64,000 bases of DNA, from positions 124,001 to 188,000 of the forward strand of contig NMRA01000502.1 of the NCBI GenBank assembly GCA_002633005.1, in the 5' to 3' direction. The translations under genes and the position numbers were made by a program. This document shows positions 13,251 to 24,671 of this stretch, piece after piece. Below the pieces are notes generated by a model, which made no database searches, was not told the origin of the DNA, and saw nothing but the letters and a program-made list of their open reading frames with translations. This stretch comes from Phoronis australis (lineage: Eukaryota > Animalia > Phoronida). Numbering within the stretch: the stretch's first letter is position 1; each line of letters starts with the position of its first letter.

Positions 13251-14860
13251 TACATTGTACATGTATGCTTATGATTGTTTACACTGTGTGGTTAATTGAT
13301 TCAAGTTATCCTTACCGAGGGCGCAAGCGTTGTTACTCTTCTTCGTCTTTAGTGTATTAATTAACAGCAGGTTTCATTTATATTAATTGGTGGTTGTTAT
13401 ATAATAAATTAATTATTATATTTAAGCATCCTCTCTCCATCCACGCACAATCACAAAGCATAACTATGTTTTAAACTACAGCCACAGTCAACTGCTGACA
13501 ATGATGTATTTTTATTGTAGACGTACGCGGACATGTACATGTATTTTCGTCCAGTGTCCGAGCGAAAATAGTATCTCCACGGAAAGAGCACATAGGCTTG
13601 AGTAAACACTTTTGGCAGTTGAAGAAAACATCGTTTCAACGACCCCTCAAGTAACTTCTACACTGGAAAACTCAAATAAGGCAAAAAGCATAATTGGTTC
13701 TGGTCTCTTTTTTGTAAGTGGTGTCGGTGGCGAGGTAGTTCTGTGTAGTTGCTCACTTCCTCAAATAAGAAATTCCACTTGAGACGCGCACAAATAATGC
13801 GGGCTTAGTCGAAAGACTAATCGCTTGGCAAATCATGGCATTTCAAACCTAATTCAACGTGCCTTTGTGCAGTTGTTTAAGCAAAAACACGAAACCTCGG
13901 CTGAAATTGACACGGGCGGGCGATTTGTAGCCGGTGAAGGCAGGTCTCTAAGGAAGTCGGGTGAAAATCAGAAATATATTTGCTTTTTGTCCTAAATTTA
14001 ATCTAACCCTTTCAAGCAAATGCTGCCAAACTGTATGGTCGTGTTTGACGGAGTTTGGCAACAATTTGCAAAGTTACGAGACAGGAAAACAACTTTTTAA
14101 TGTAATCGAGGACAGCTAAATGATAATCTGCACAGAAGCGTCTGCGCTCATATTTGACTTGCTTTGATGTAGTTTAGACGTGCTTGTGGGGATCAGCACC
14201 GGTACTTCATAACGTTTATTGTTGTTGAGAATTGTTTTTGAGGCGTTACATAGCACGAACTTTAATATAACATCGTTGCAACGTTGCCTCAATGTTTCAT
14301 AAAGGAATGGGGATAAAAATAATTTTAAAAGTTATAAAGATGATGTGAAACTAACGAGTAACATTGCATGAAGCCATAGATCAAAGACAACCGATTTGAA
14401 ACTCCAATACATGTTACGTTCTTGTGAAATTGTCAGAGGCGGTACAACTTCCTTCCAATGCAGAGCTCAGCTTCCGCTCACTTAGCAAGTGGCTGATTGA
14501 GTGGCCGGCAGTAAGATGTGCATAGCACCAGGCGCCGCTAGTGAACAGTGACGTGGGGTAATCACGCAATATCACATACTTTGTTCTTGAGAATATACAC
14601 AGTTGGCGGTACATGTACAGTGTTTATAACTACACTAGGACATTGAAAGCTTCTTTGGGAACGTAAATTTAATGTAGACACAACGGTGTGCAAAAAGGTA
14701 ACCAAAACACGATGTTGTGGTAACGTTATGAAATTGCCCAGGCTGCATACGATGGGAACAACATATTCAAATGACAGGGAAGTAATTTGCGCTTCTTTAC
14801 CATCAACATTTTTCGTTTGATTCGAAAACCGAGTAGAATGAATCCTACCTGTATATTTAA

Positions 14861-15152
14861 GGTTATGTTGGACCTTATCAACAAGTCTTAGTTCGCATTT
14901 ATCAAAATATCTAGGAGACTTTACTAACTCAGTAAATGATGCAACTTTAAAAAGTGTTCAAGAAAACCATAAAAGTCCTATTTTTGTTAGCCGTCAAGCA
15001 AAAATGGAACACTGTAAAACATTTTTACGTTTTTAGAACAGTGCATGAAGCATAATATCTGAAAATTTCATATGAACCAGATCAGCTATTTCTGAGAAAT
15101 TATGTTCCGAAGTCACTCACTTTTGGCCATTTTTATAGGGTCGTACATAACC
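14861..15152. mobile_element. Non-autonomous TTAA-targeting DNA transposon (Kolobok-type MITE)
   Basis: TTAA|GGTTATGTTGGACCTTA ... TAGGGTCGTACATAACC|TTAA imperfect TIRs with TTAA TSD. Confidence 0.75.
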
Positions 15153-18100
15153 TTAACTTTTGAAATTAAATTTTGAATTAAGTATGTTAATCCGGAAAGT
15201 GGCGATGCATCACTTTGGTATATAGTGATTAAAAACGATCGAGTACTGTTAGTCCTTAAACATTGAGTCTTCCCATATAAAAATTTGCTTAAAGCGGGGA
15301 ACGAATTAAGAAGCCCAAGTACATGTAGGTTATCAAGGTCACATACCAAACGAGAAACCGACCAAAAACCGAGCCCTCAGCAAAACCCTGGAAGATGGCG
15401 GCCCGCACGACCCACACTTAAGCTATCCTAAAAGCGGAAAAATGAAAAAGTCCCTCTTGAACACTGCACCGCTTCATTTGATTTCAAAGCAAAGAAAACA
15501 TCAAAAGCATAAAAGTAAACTGAACATGTACCGATGGTAGTCGGGTGGTAAAAACTGACCCTACATGTACTTGTAAATACCCCCGGTGTGTACGGTTTTG
15601 CTTCAATAAAAATACACTGAAGTATATACACTAGCTGTGAGTCACAACATTAGTGTTTAACACATTTAAAAAGCGAGGTTAATTTTTATAAGCCTACCGG
15701 CTCGACTAAACCCACTGCATCAGCGCCATTGGCCATACATGTATATCACTGTTACCGGCTTTATTTGTTTAGGGGACCTAGATCTTGGTGTTTCTATTGA
15801 TATAAAGGCTTCTTGTGTAAACACATTGATCGAGTTGTTATATGCTCAGCGTTGTGCCACAAAACGATGGACAACGTTCTAGTGCATAAGTTTCGAGAAT
15901 AAGTAACCAGAGAACAGAGGTTTCCAGGCGCAATTGAAAGATTTCAACCCCTGGTGCTATGTGAACGAACTACGAACAGGTTAGTATTGTCGCAGACGGT
16001 TCGGCAAGGCGGGTCATTGCTATAATATAGCCGGTGTCATGCGGGTTAACGTCCTAGATAAGGAGTCAAGGTGTCGCAGATACTCCTGCCATGTCCCAAC
16101 AGATGACTTGTCTAATCGACAGTTGACTTAATCATTTGAAAGTTCAGTCTCCCGGGTTATACGTTTGTTTGGCTACCTACTTAGGCCTAATCACTTGCCA
16201 GCTTCTTCATCAGGACACTTGTTTAACTGAGGCAACCTCCAAAGTTTGGTGTTTGTAAAACCCGACTACATATTGACTTGTTTATTTGACGAATCACTTG
16301 TGTCTTTGGCAAACCATTTATCTATTTGTCAAATTATTCGTCTATCTGGCAGTGCTCTCTCAGAATTTGAACCTTTATACATGACAGTGCCAAGATCGTT
16401 GTTATCTATAAGAGTCCTCTTCTGAGTTATGGCGGTCCCGCCCCNNNNNNNCCCGCCACTATGTTGCGGGGGTACTCCAGGCATCATTTGATGTGGATAT
16501 TCTGGCCTTGGTACTGCCTCCAGGGGAAGATGGGAGTGTCCGTGTAGCTGTTTTTCATACACGTAGTATACCCAGTTTCACGGTAGCCCACCGGTAGTGT
16601 CGGTATGCGGCAGCAACAGATAGAACCCCCTTTCTATTACACAGTGTATAATACGTAGAAACGAAAACCTCTTTCGAAATATGTTGTCATGGGTCCGTCA
16701 AGTCTTTTCGCCAGTCTCACAGTACATTAATGAAGTATCGCAATTTACCATTATCATTCTACACTGTACATGTAGTTCGTTCATTCCACGATAGGGGGGT
16801 GAATTCTTGCCTCAGCTCACGGTGGACCACAAATAAACAAGCAATAGCCAGATGTAACAATGAATATCACTTGTCTATTTTTGGCAGCACGAAATAGTTC
16901 ATAGCACAAGCAGAGTGCCTGTGCAAACGAATTTCAAAGATTACTGCTGTTTTTACGTTTCGTTATGATTAGACAAAAAATATTCGAGTGGAGTCAAGAT
17001 AATGCCAACAGATTGGTCAAACCTTTCAAGTCAATGTACTTTGACTAATTCGTGCTGAAAGAAGAATGTAAACGTCATTGTATGAAGCAGTGCATCCTGA
17101 CGCATTCATAATTAAATTGACACACACAAAATTACAGGCTAGTATGTGTAGCGGACAATGGGAATTATATTTATTTTCACCGTTAGGACCGCTAAGAGCA
17201 TGTGCCGTTGCAGTTGCCATCTCCATGTGAACTTGCTGTGACTAATTGTTTGTAGCTTTTCGCAATTTACACGGTAATATGTAACGCCAGTTGTCAAAGA
17301 CTTAGAATTGAGAAACTAAAAAACGTAACGACAATATCTATTTCACACCCTGTTACGCGATACACAAAAATGGATAATTGTGGACTTCTTAGCCTCTCAA
17401 GATACACACTCGTACTCTGTCAACTTTTGCTACTCATGAACCAGCATGGCTTTACGGTTTAAAAAAATCAACTAAAATTGATTTTTTTAGAATTATAACC
17501 ATCAGATATTTGAAATGAGAAATAATATTAAACGGCTTTAAAATTTGACAATGTGGTAAAACAACTGCTTCATTGTGTGGGGTTAAAACAAAATTTGTCC
17601 AACTTTTCATTTTAGCGTTGCTGCTAATTAAAACTGAGAATTCTATCAAACAATTGCATGTCAAGAGATTAACTATCTATAAATCTCAAGGGATCCAACA
17701 ATCCACAGCAGCCGAGCTTTGGTGCATGTATTCTTGTCTTTGAAGGTATAGTAAACAATCGCATTACACTAGCTAAAAGATGGTTGCGTGAAGCAGTCAC
17801 TTTAGAAAACCGTATCATGGGTTTCAATTGAAATATAAGACATACTGTACGATGGGTTTTAGTTTTTGTGTTTGCGGAGTTTTCATCATTCTGTCAAGGA
17901 AGCATTCGTGCATTGGTTCATTAATCCAGGCAACATCAACAGCTGTGGGTAACATGAAGGATTATCCGTGTCATAAAAGTAAAATATTATTTCCCGCCCT
18001 GTTTACAAATATTGCGATATAACTCGGCGCACATAAATTAAATTCCATCTTGAGCAAGGCTTAAACTATAATAACGACTCATAATTCTTCGAGTAAAATG

Positions 18101-18225
18101 AGATCACGTACTGTAAGTAAAAAGAGCTGCGAGTCCACTAACTTAATGCCGCTTTGTTGCATTCGGAATCCCTCGGGTAGTTTACTAGCTTGCGCACGTG
18201 GAATTTCATTGGGCTTAGCTGGCAC

Positions 18226-19328
18226 ACTACACTCTTTCACAGTGCTGCGAAAGTTGCTGTGTTGCATGTTGTTTAACATGGCTTCTCATTGGTTAAGGTA
18301 ATGAAAGCGACGTCATAACATTCAGTTATTCCTATTGGTTGAAATTGGTAACTCCTTTCAGTTATCAAGTATGACGACCACCTTTGACTTGAGTAGTATT
18401 AAAACGGGTAGTGATCGAATTAAACAAAATCAAGGAACTCCCGATCCAATGGCTTAGCCTAAGCCCAAACAAATACATGTACAGTGTATAAAGGCGTGTG
18501 CAGGTGGTGGCGATGTGTTCGGTATACTTCCGACCAAGGCATGCGCAATGATGCCCATAAAGGGAATTCCGTGTTTTATTCATCATATTTCCACCACAGG
18601 CGTCCTCAGTTTCTGATCTTCCCCAATACACTATACAAGGTATGACACCCCGGACTAGAAAATCCACGGGTGCTTCACTTCAGCCTTCCATAGCAAACAC
18701 AAACTCAATAAATTTACACAAAACAGAGATTCAACAAACTATGAGAAATTGTTCTTTCTCCCAATAACATTTACGGTGTCCTGATCCACCGATTTTGCAT
18801 GAAAGTCACGGTCAAAGCACAAAAACCTTCCCAAAAAGTCCGCCCGGAGCAACTCCCGGGTCCCACGCGAAGGGTACGACATTATCCGATGAGTTACGGG
18901 TGAACGGCACTTGATTGCCGAGTTATCGATGCCGTGACTTTCCGTGATGAATCGGCAATTGCCGTTCATCCGTGAGTCATCGGATAATTGCGTACCCTTC
19001 ACGTGGGACCCGGGAGTTGCTCCGGACGGACTTTTTGTGAAGGTTTTTGTGCTTTGACCGAGAATTTCTTGCGAAATCGGTGGAGCAGGACACCGGGTAT
19101 TGAAAGAAAGAACAATTCCTTATGGTTTGTCGAACCTCTGTTTTGTTTAAATTTATTGAGTTTTGTGTTTGTTAGGGACGGCTGACGTGAAGCACCCGTG
19201 GAATTTCTAGTCCGGAGTGCATAAATTGTAGTATTATATATAGTGTATTGGGGACGATCAGAAGCTGAGGACGTCTGTGATTTCCACAGGGCGACTTTTC
19301 AGTATAGGTGGCGCTGTGGCAGAGGGTA
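18226..19328 (-). repeat. Interspersed repeat (copy 1), interrupted by the foldback element; copy 2 at 34858-35280 (+)
   Basis: About 420 bp of clear similarity to the reverse complement of 34858-35280 (e.g. TTGGTCGGAAGT..CCGA.CACATCGCCACCAC). Confidence 0.85.
18595..19279. mobile_element. 685-bp palindromic (foldback) MITE, P-element-like termini, 8-bp TSD ATTTCCAC
   Basis: CACAGGCGTCCTCAG...CTGAGGACGTCTGTG; arms complementary over almost the whole length; ATTTCCAC at 18587-18594 and 19280-19287. Confidence 0.88.
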
Positions 19329-19983
19329 ACCGGCACACCTAATCTACATGTACACCAGACGTATGCCATTTCGTTGTAAATGTTGACCTCGGCCGTCGTG
19401 GATTATACTGTAACTAAATAAATTTACGCTTTACCAATGTTATGAGTAGTGGCACTATCAATGGGTGGGATTCTCCACGGTTAAAATCTGACATTTTCAT
19501 TAGAAGGAAATATTCCGACACTCTGATTGGTGAGAAGTTGAGAAGTGCCTTTGTGATTTGCAGTTGCTGCAACAACAAGCGGACATACCGAATCGATGTG
19601 TTTGGCCTGACCAGTAACTTCAAGATAGATACTACTTGTACTGAGTTAATTAAAACAACAGAACGGTTAACACTACCTTTTCCGTCTCATTACATGACCA
19701 TTAGATTTGTTGTTTTGTAGACCGTACTGAACACGGAAATGAGTCCAAATTCATGAACGTGAACGAGCATTGAGACCAATCGGGGGCCTGGGAATTGGTG
19801 GGCGTTATACGATGATGAAAATTGCCGGTGACGCGCGGGATGGCGACCAGTGGAAAAGTGAAAACCTGTCTTGTTCTCGCGGTAATTAGTTTTACAACTG
19901 TCACGCGACCACCCTTCTGCGACATACGGTATCACACTCGGGCCACAGTTTCAACCGACTAGTGCAACAATACATGGACGTGC

Positions 19984-20282
19984 CAGTGGCGGATCTAGGA
20001 TACCATAAGGGTGGCCCAACATCCTCTGGGAATTGGTCAAAGCACAATTGTATGTGCACAGGAGGCCCAAAAGTTGCGGGGGCCGAGGATGTACACCTGC
20101 TGTTCAGAAAATCTATCGGTGGACTAAAAAAAACGGGCACGTGTTTCCGCGTCTGAACCCTCCCCCCTTCCGCCCTTCGTCCGCTACTGGTCCTACCTTC
20201 TGAACTCAATATATCCTCACGCTTCACACTGTTGCCAAGGGGGAGGGGGTGGGCCCTTTGGTCCCCCCTAAATCCGCCTATG
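19984..20282. mobile_element. hAT-like MITE (CAGTGGCGGATCT...AAATCCGCCTATG)
   Basis: Imperfect TIRs shared with 31888-32452, 33793-33944 and, more weakly, 6330-6593. Confidence 0.55.
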
Positions 20283-20451
20283 CGCGCCGTCCACTTTGAC
20301 ATGAGTTGTCCCCCTGGGGCCAGTATGTGTCTAGTGCGACAATATATGTCACTAATTACCCCCGCCTCAATGCCTCTTTGTGTATGACAAACATCCAATT
20401 TTGGATATGCGTAGTGATGCACACACGTTTGCTTGTTAAAGCATCATCCTA

Positions 20452-20667
20452 GTGCACTGATACGCCGTAAAATGTAACAATTTCGTAAAATGTAACAACT
20501 GTTACATTTTACGTCATTGTTACATTTTACGTTGCTAAGCCTCTCTTAAACTGTAACAAGTTGTTACATTTTACGCAGTTAATAAATTTCACGTCGAACG
20601 CACATGCGAGAAATGTACCATTGTTACATTTTACGAAATTATTCCATTTTACGGCGTATCAGTGCAC
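20452..20667. mobile_element. MITE with TIR GTGCACTGATACGCCGTAAAATG and internal TGTTACATTTTACG repeats
   Basis: Perfect 23-bp terminal inverted repeats; related sequence at 59829-60011 and 61255-61369. Confidence 0.85.
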
Positions 20668-23129
20668 AACGACAATCTTCCACTCACATGAGGCAAAGTC
20701 ATTCGCTAGCTCTTCTTTGTTCCTTGTAAATCTCGTTATAACTGAAAAACTAAAGCTTGTACGCCGAAGTATATTTTACAGGCCCGCATTTTAATTTGTG
20801 TCGAAACGATAAAAATACGAATAACTGTATTTATCAACTACTGCAGACATGTCTCAGTTATTAGTCAGACAAGAACATGGCTTTGTCGTCATTCAACAGC
20901 TTTGGCTTGTGCGCGAGGTATTAATCCGATCACTTGATCGCACAAAAACATAATTTTAATACGATAAGTTATCGGAGACCATATTAAACCTCGACATACT
21001 TCAGCATTTGAGGCTACGTACATGTAAGTACATGTGCGCAGTCAGGCGTCTTATCAGGTATCATTTCTACGCATTTCGCAGCACTTACATGTATCTCCAG
21101 TGGCGCTACAGTATGGAAGAGTTTAACACCGATGTGCGCATATTTAGGTATGTTCTTCCAATTCGTCATGGCGTGGAATCTTAGTGTTGAATGAGTTACA
21201 ACAGACATTTACCGCGACCCACACGTTACGGTATAGTTGTGAATGTAAATATCAAGTGACAGCCTGCCTAGCCCGGCCAATGCGTAGCTGAAACTATTCC
21301 GGTGTTCTGAGCAAGTTTTAAAGCCTATATAAGACGAAATAGACAGGTAGTCTTTTTCATTCGGCAGCGCATGTGAAGGCCTGTCCGGTGCGAATGGTCC
21401 TCATTTACTGCAAATCTAGGCCCTGTGTCAGTGATTTCACCCGAACTCTTAATTCTTCAGTTGCTATTGCTCTGGTCGTAACTCCATTGAACGATGAAAC
21501 GATTCTTAAGCTAAAATCACCATACATCGAATGTCAAAGTGGATCGAGGGGCTCTGTCCCTCTGAGCAGTCGATCAAGTACAAAGCCCAAAGCGCCAGAC
21601 TTTGTGGCGACTTTTCAGGCAGTTGTCAAGGGTAGGAGAGCATTCGCAAGTAGTAGGCAATATCTGATGAAACCTAAAATATGGCTTGCACTGGCATTAT
21701 AAGTAAATACCATAAGTGTGATAAAACGCTATTTTCTCATTCTCGGGCCAATACAGAGTCAACCCTCTGAAACTGCATATATTTTCTCGTCCTTGAAGCC
21801 CATTTGTAATTTCAAAAATAATATACATTGGAAACATTTAAACCAGTAATATTTTCCCGCTTCTTCTGCCATTATAATTACAACTATTCTGGTTACTAGT
21901 AATTTCAATTATCGTCTCTTAGACACTCCTTATTTTGCCCCACGCACTCCATTAAGTTAAGAGCTTTTACAGTCATTTTTCTTCTCAAGTCCAAGGCCTC
22001 TGATTATTTCTGCAATGAAAACTGTGAACGTTAGCACCGCAATGATATACATTCAAGACAGCTTCCCTTACACATTCACCACATGAAATTGAAATTTTTA
22101 TCTGAATCCGTCTCCTGTATGAGCCATATCCGGTGAAACTGTTTTGTTCAAAAGACTGTATAGTATATAGCGAGCCGATATGGCTTCACTTCCGGAAGCC
22201 AGTGACAATGCCCTATACTGTATGTGTTTGCGGGGCTAGTAGTGAGTGTGTATCGTTCCGAATCTCAATTGAATTCTGATTGAATGATGCGTACCCCAGT
22301 TCTTGCCAGGGTACATAGTGCCAAACCGGCAAGCGGCCTTTGTCATTTTACGCACAGGCGAATTCCAAATAGCTACCGTGACAAATCAACAATTAACAGA
22401 AGCAGTAAATAATATTGCTGTCATACAGTGTACTGATCCAATGCTGTGGTGGATGAAAAATCTATAACACTATTAACATTCTAGTTGGCCTCTGTCTACA
22501 CATTGTTCTACGAGAAAAGACCCCACGGTGATGTAACCTATTTGAATGGTGTTCGATAATCATATTAATTTGACGATATTCGGTGTGAACGCGTGCCGCA
22601 TTGTCTCACGCTGGTCAATATAGCGTAACGACGCACTTCCAATGCAAGATTGCATAGTGTTGTATTTGCATTTGCAAATCGTCGTAACACTTAAAGGGAC
22701 GTATCTTGTTGCAGACGTGTACCTTTTCGTTTGTTGAATGCCTAGTTTTGCTGTAAACAGTGCGTCTCGCATTATAACTGGACCTGGGCTTTAAACTCAA
22801 GTTGAAACTTAACTCGAAAATTGGCTACTTACGTTTCCAGTGAGATTGCACATTTGTACACGAGACAGCGTGGTTGGTGAGGTCGAGTCTGAGTTTGAGT
22901 TCAGATGAACCTATTCCCATTTACTCGGAAGTTCATATAAGAACATTGACTAAGTGCAATTTTAGACTGAAACAGAGACCTTCGTATACTTGAAAGCAGA
23001 ACGAATGCGAACGTCAGTGAAGTACTAAGATCATAAATTCACTGTTGGGTGACTTTTTGACCAAGGTAATGAACGCGTTAATGTGCTGTATTTATGTATT
23101 TAACTTGCTTCCGTTTTATTTCAAGGAGG

Positions 23130-24671
23130 ATGAGCGAAGACTTAACGGACCCTGAGAGGAACAGTTCCATACTACGACACGTAGTGGCTTTCGAAGAAAA
23201 AGTCAATATGTGTGTGGATACGTTTTCTCGGAAAATACTGAAAGAAATGTGTTTAAAACTAAGTCAATATCACGGAGACATTGATAGCGTAAGCAAGGTC
23301 CAGAAATTCCTAACCGATGAGCCAACGCTTCCCGGAGTTGAAAGCGAAAGGGTGACACGTTACTTCCAATGGTTCCTGGATAACCACGAATACCTTAAGG
23401 AGCTTAACCGCAATTTTGAAATTAGAATATACCAGCCTTTAATCCGCTACTTTAATGTTACCTCGAAGTCTGAACGAAGTAGCGCTGGCAGTTGGAGGTC
23501 TGCCATCGAACGTCCTCCAAGTATAGATAGTGACTTCACGGACATGGGTACCGACTCTGACAGCGAAATAGCCAATGAGATCGAGGCTTTGACACAATTG
23601 CAGGCGTCTCAGTCTCGGGACGCCATATTGCTTATGTCTCAGGAATTCAAAGACATTAGCTCCATATATGATAACAGCGATCTGGAAAACATAGCAAAAC
23701 GATTGATTTATTTGAAAGAAAGGTTAGACTTTTTACTTGAAGAAGAGGGCGAAGTGAATCCAGATTTGTTCAGCTTGGATAGTGAATCACCGGACAAGAG
23801 TGCATCAACACCCATCAAGGTGCAAAATTTTATCAGGCTCATTCCAGACATATTGGTGAAATGTCAAAAGGCTGCCAAATTATCCCGGCAGTGGCTAGAG
23901 GCAGACAAAAGGAAGGCCATCGATCTCAATGCGAAACTTGAAAAAATATCTGAAATCAAACTAGAAATGACAAAGAAATTAAACTCGGTAGAAAAGAAGA
24001 TAGATTGTCATGAAAAAGAACTAGAAAGACAAACGTCAGAACTGCAAAATTTGCTAGGACGTGAAGAGCGAACAAACGAACTTGATTCTAATATACATGT
24101 CTGTGACAAAGAAATTTCGGCTTTAACACTTTCTTTAAAAAAAGTGTCTCAGGAAAAGGAAAATACAGCGAAACAGCTTGTCCAGTTAGGAAAACAATCC
24201 GGTGAAGCAAGGAACCATTTACTATTAAAATATAAGGAAGCACGCCTGCAGCGACAGGCGCTGAAACGACGTATTGCTTTTCAAAAATATCGGAAGAGTA
24301 TTCTCGAGGAAGACGTTGGGATTGAAATGAGTCTCAAACCCAACATTATACGATTGACGAATGATACCCAGGACAGTTGCGAAAAAATCGAGAAAATGAT
24401 AGACGATGAACATGTCGAGCAGCAGCGGTTGCACAATGCTCTAATGCCGATAAACGAAGACATACTGCGCGTACAAAGTCAGCTGGAGCAACAGAGTGCT
24501 TGCTCCTCGAGGCTTGAATCAGTATCGGGAGATGAAGATTTCGGTGTTGCTCAAAAGCTCAATGTGGGTTCAGACTGTGGAGTCATTCGGCCAAACAATC
24601 AAGTTAGAAAATACCGTGAACCAGTTTTTATTACTGAACATCACCTGGAAAGGTCCTTCAGTAAACCGTAG
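23130..24671 (+). CDS. Uncharacterised 513-aa coiled-coil protein, single coding exon
   Basis: Uninterrupted 1.5-kb ORF, E/K/L/Q-rich with heptad character in the C-terminal half. Likely start is MSEDL at 23130, after a putative 60-nt 5'UTR intron (23066-23125, GTAATG...tttcaag); the spliced upstream frame has an in-frame TGA. Confidence 0.85.
   Translation: MSEDLTDPERNSSILRHVVAFEEKVNMCVDTFSRKILKEMCLKLSQYHGDIDSVSKVQKFLTDEPTLPGVESERVTRYFQWFLDNHEYLKELNRNFEIRIYQPLIRYFNVTSKSERSSAGSWRSAIERPPSIDSDFTDMGTDSDSEIANEIEALTQLQASQSRDAILLMSQEFKDISSIYDNSDLENIAKRLIYLKERLDFLLEEEGEVNPDLFSLDSESPDKSASTPIKVQNFIRLIPDILVKCQKAAKLSRQWLEADKRKAIDLNAKLEKISEIKLEMTKKLNSVEKKIDCHEKELERQTSELQNLLGREERTNELDSNIHVCDKEISALTLSLKKVSQEKENTAKQLVQLGKQSGEARNHLLLKYKEARLQRQALKRRIAFQKYRKSILEEDVGIEMSLKPNIIRLTNDTQDSCEKIEKMIDDEHVEQQRLHNALMPINEDILRVQSQLEQQSACSSRLESVSGDEDFGVAQKLNVGSDCGVIRPNNQVRKYREPVFITEHHLERSFSKP

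Noticed and set aside
16150-16225. Minus-strand CTGATGA hammerhead-like box
   Set aside because: No proper GAAA core box or convincing stems.
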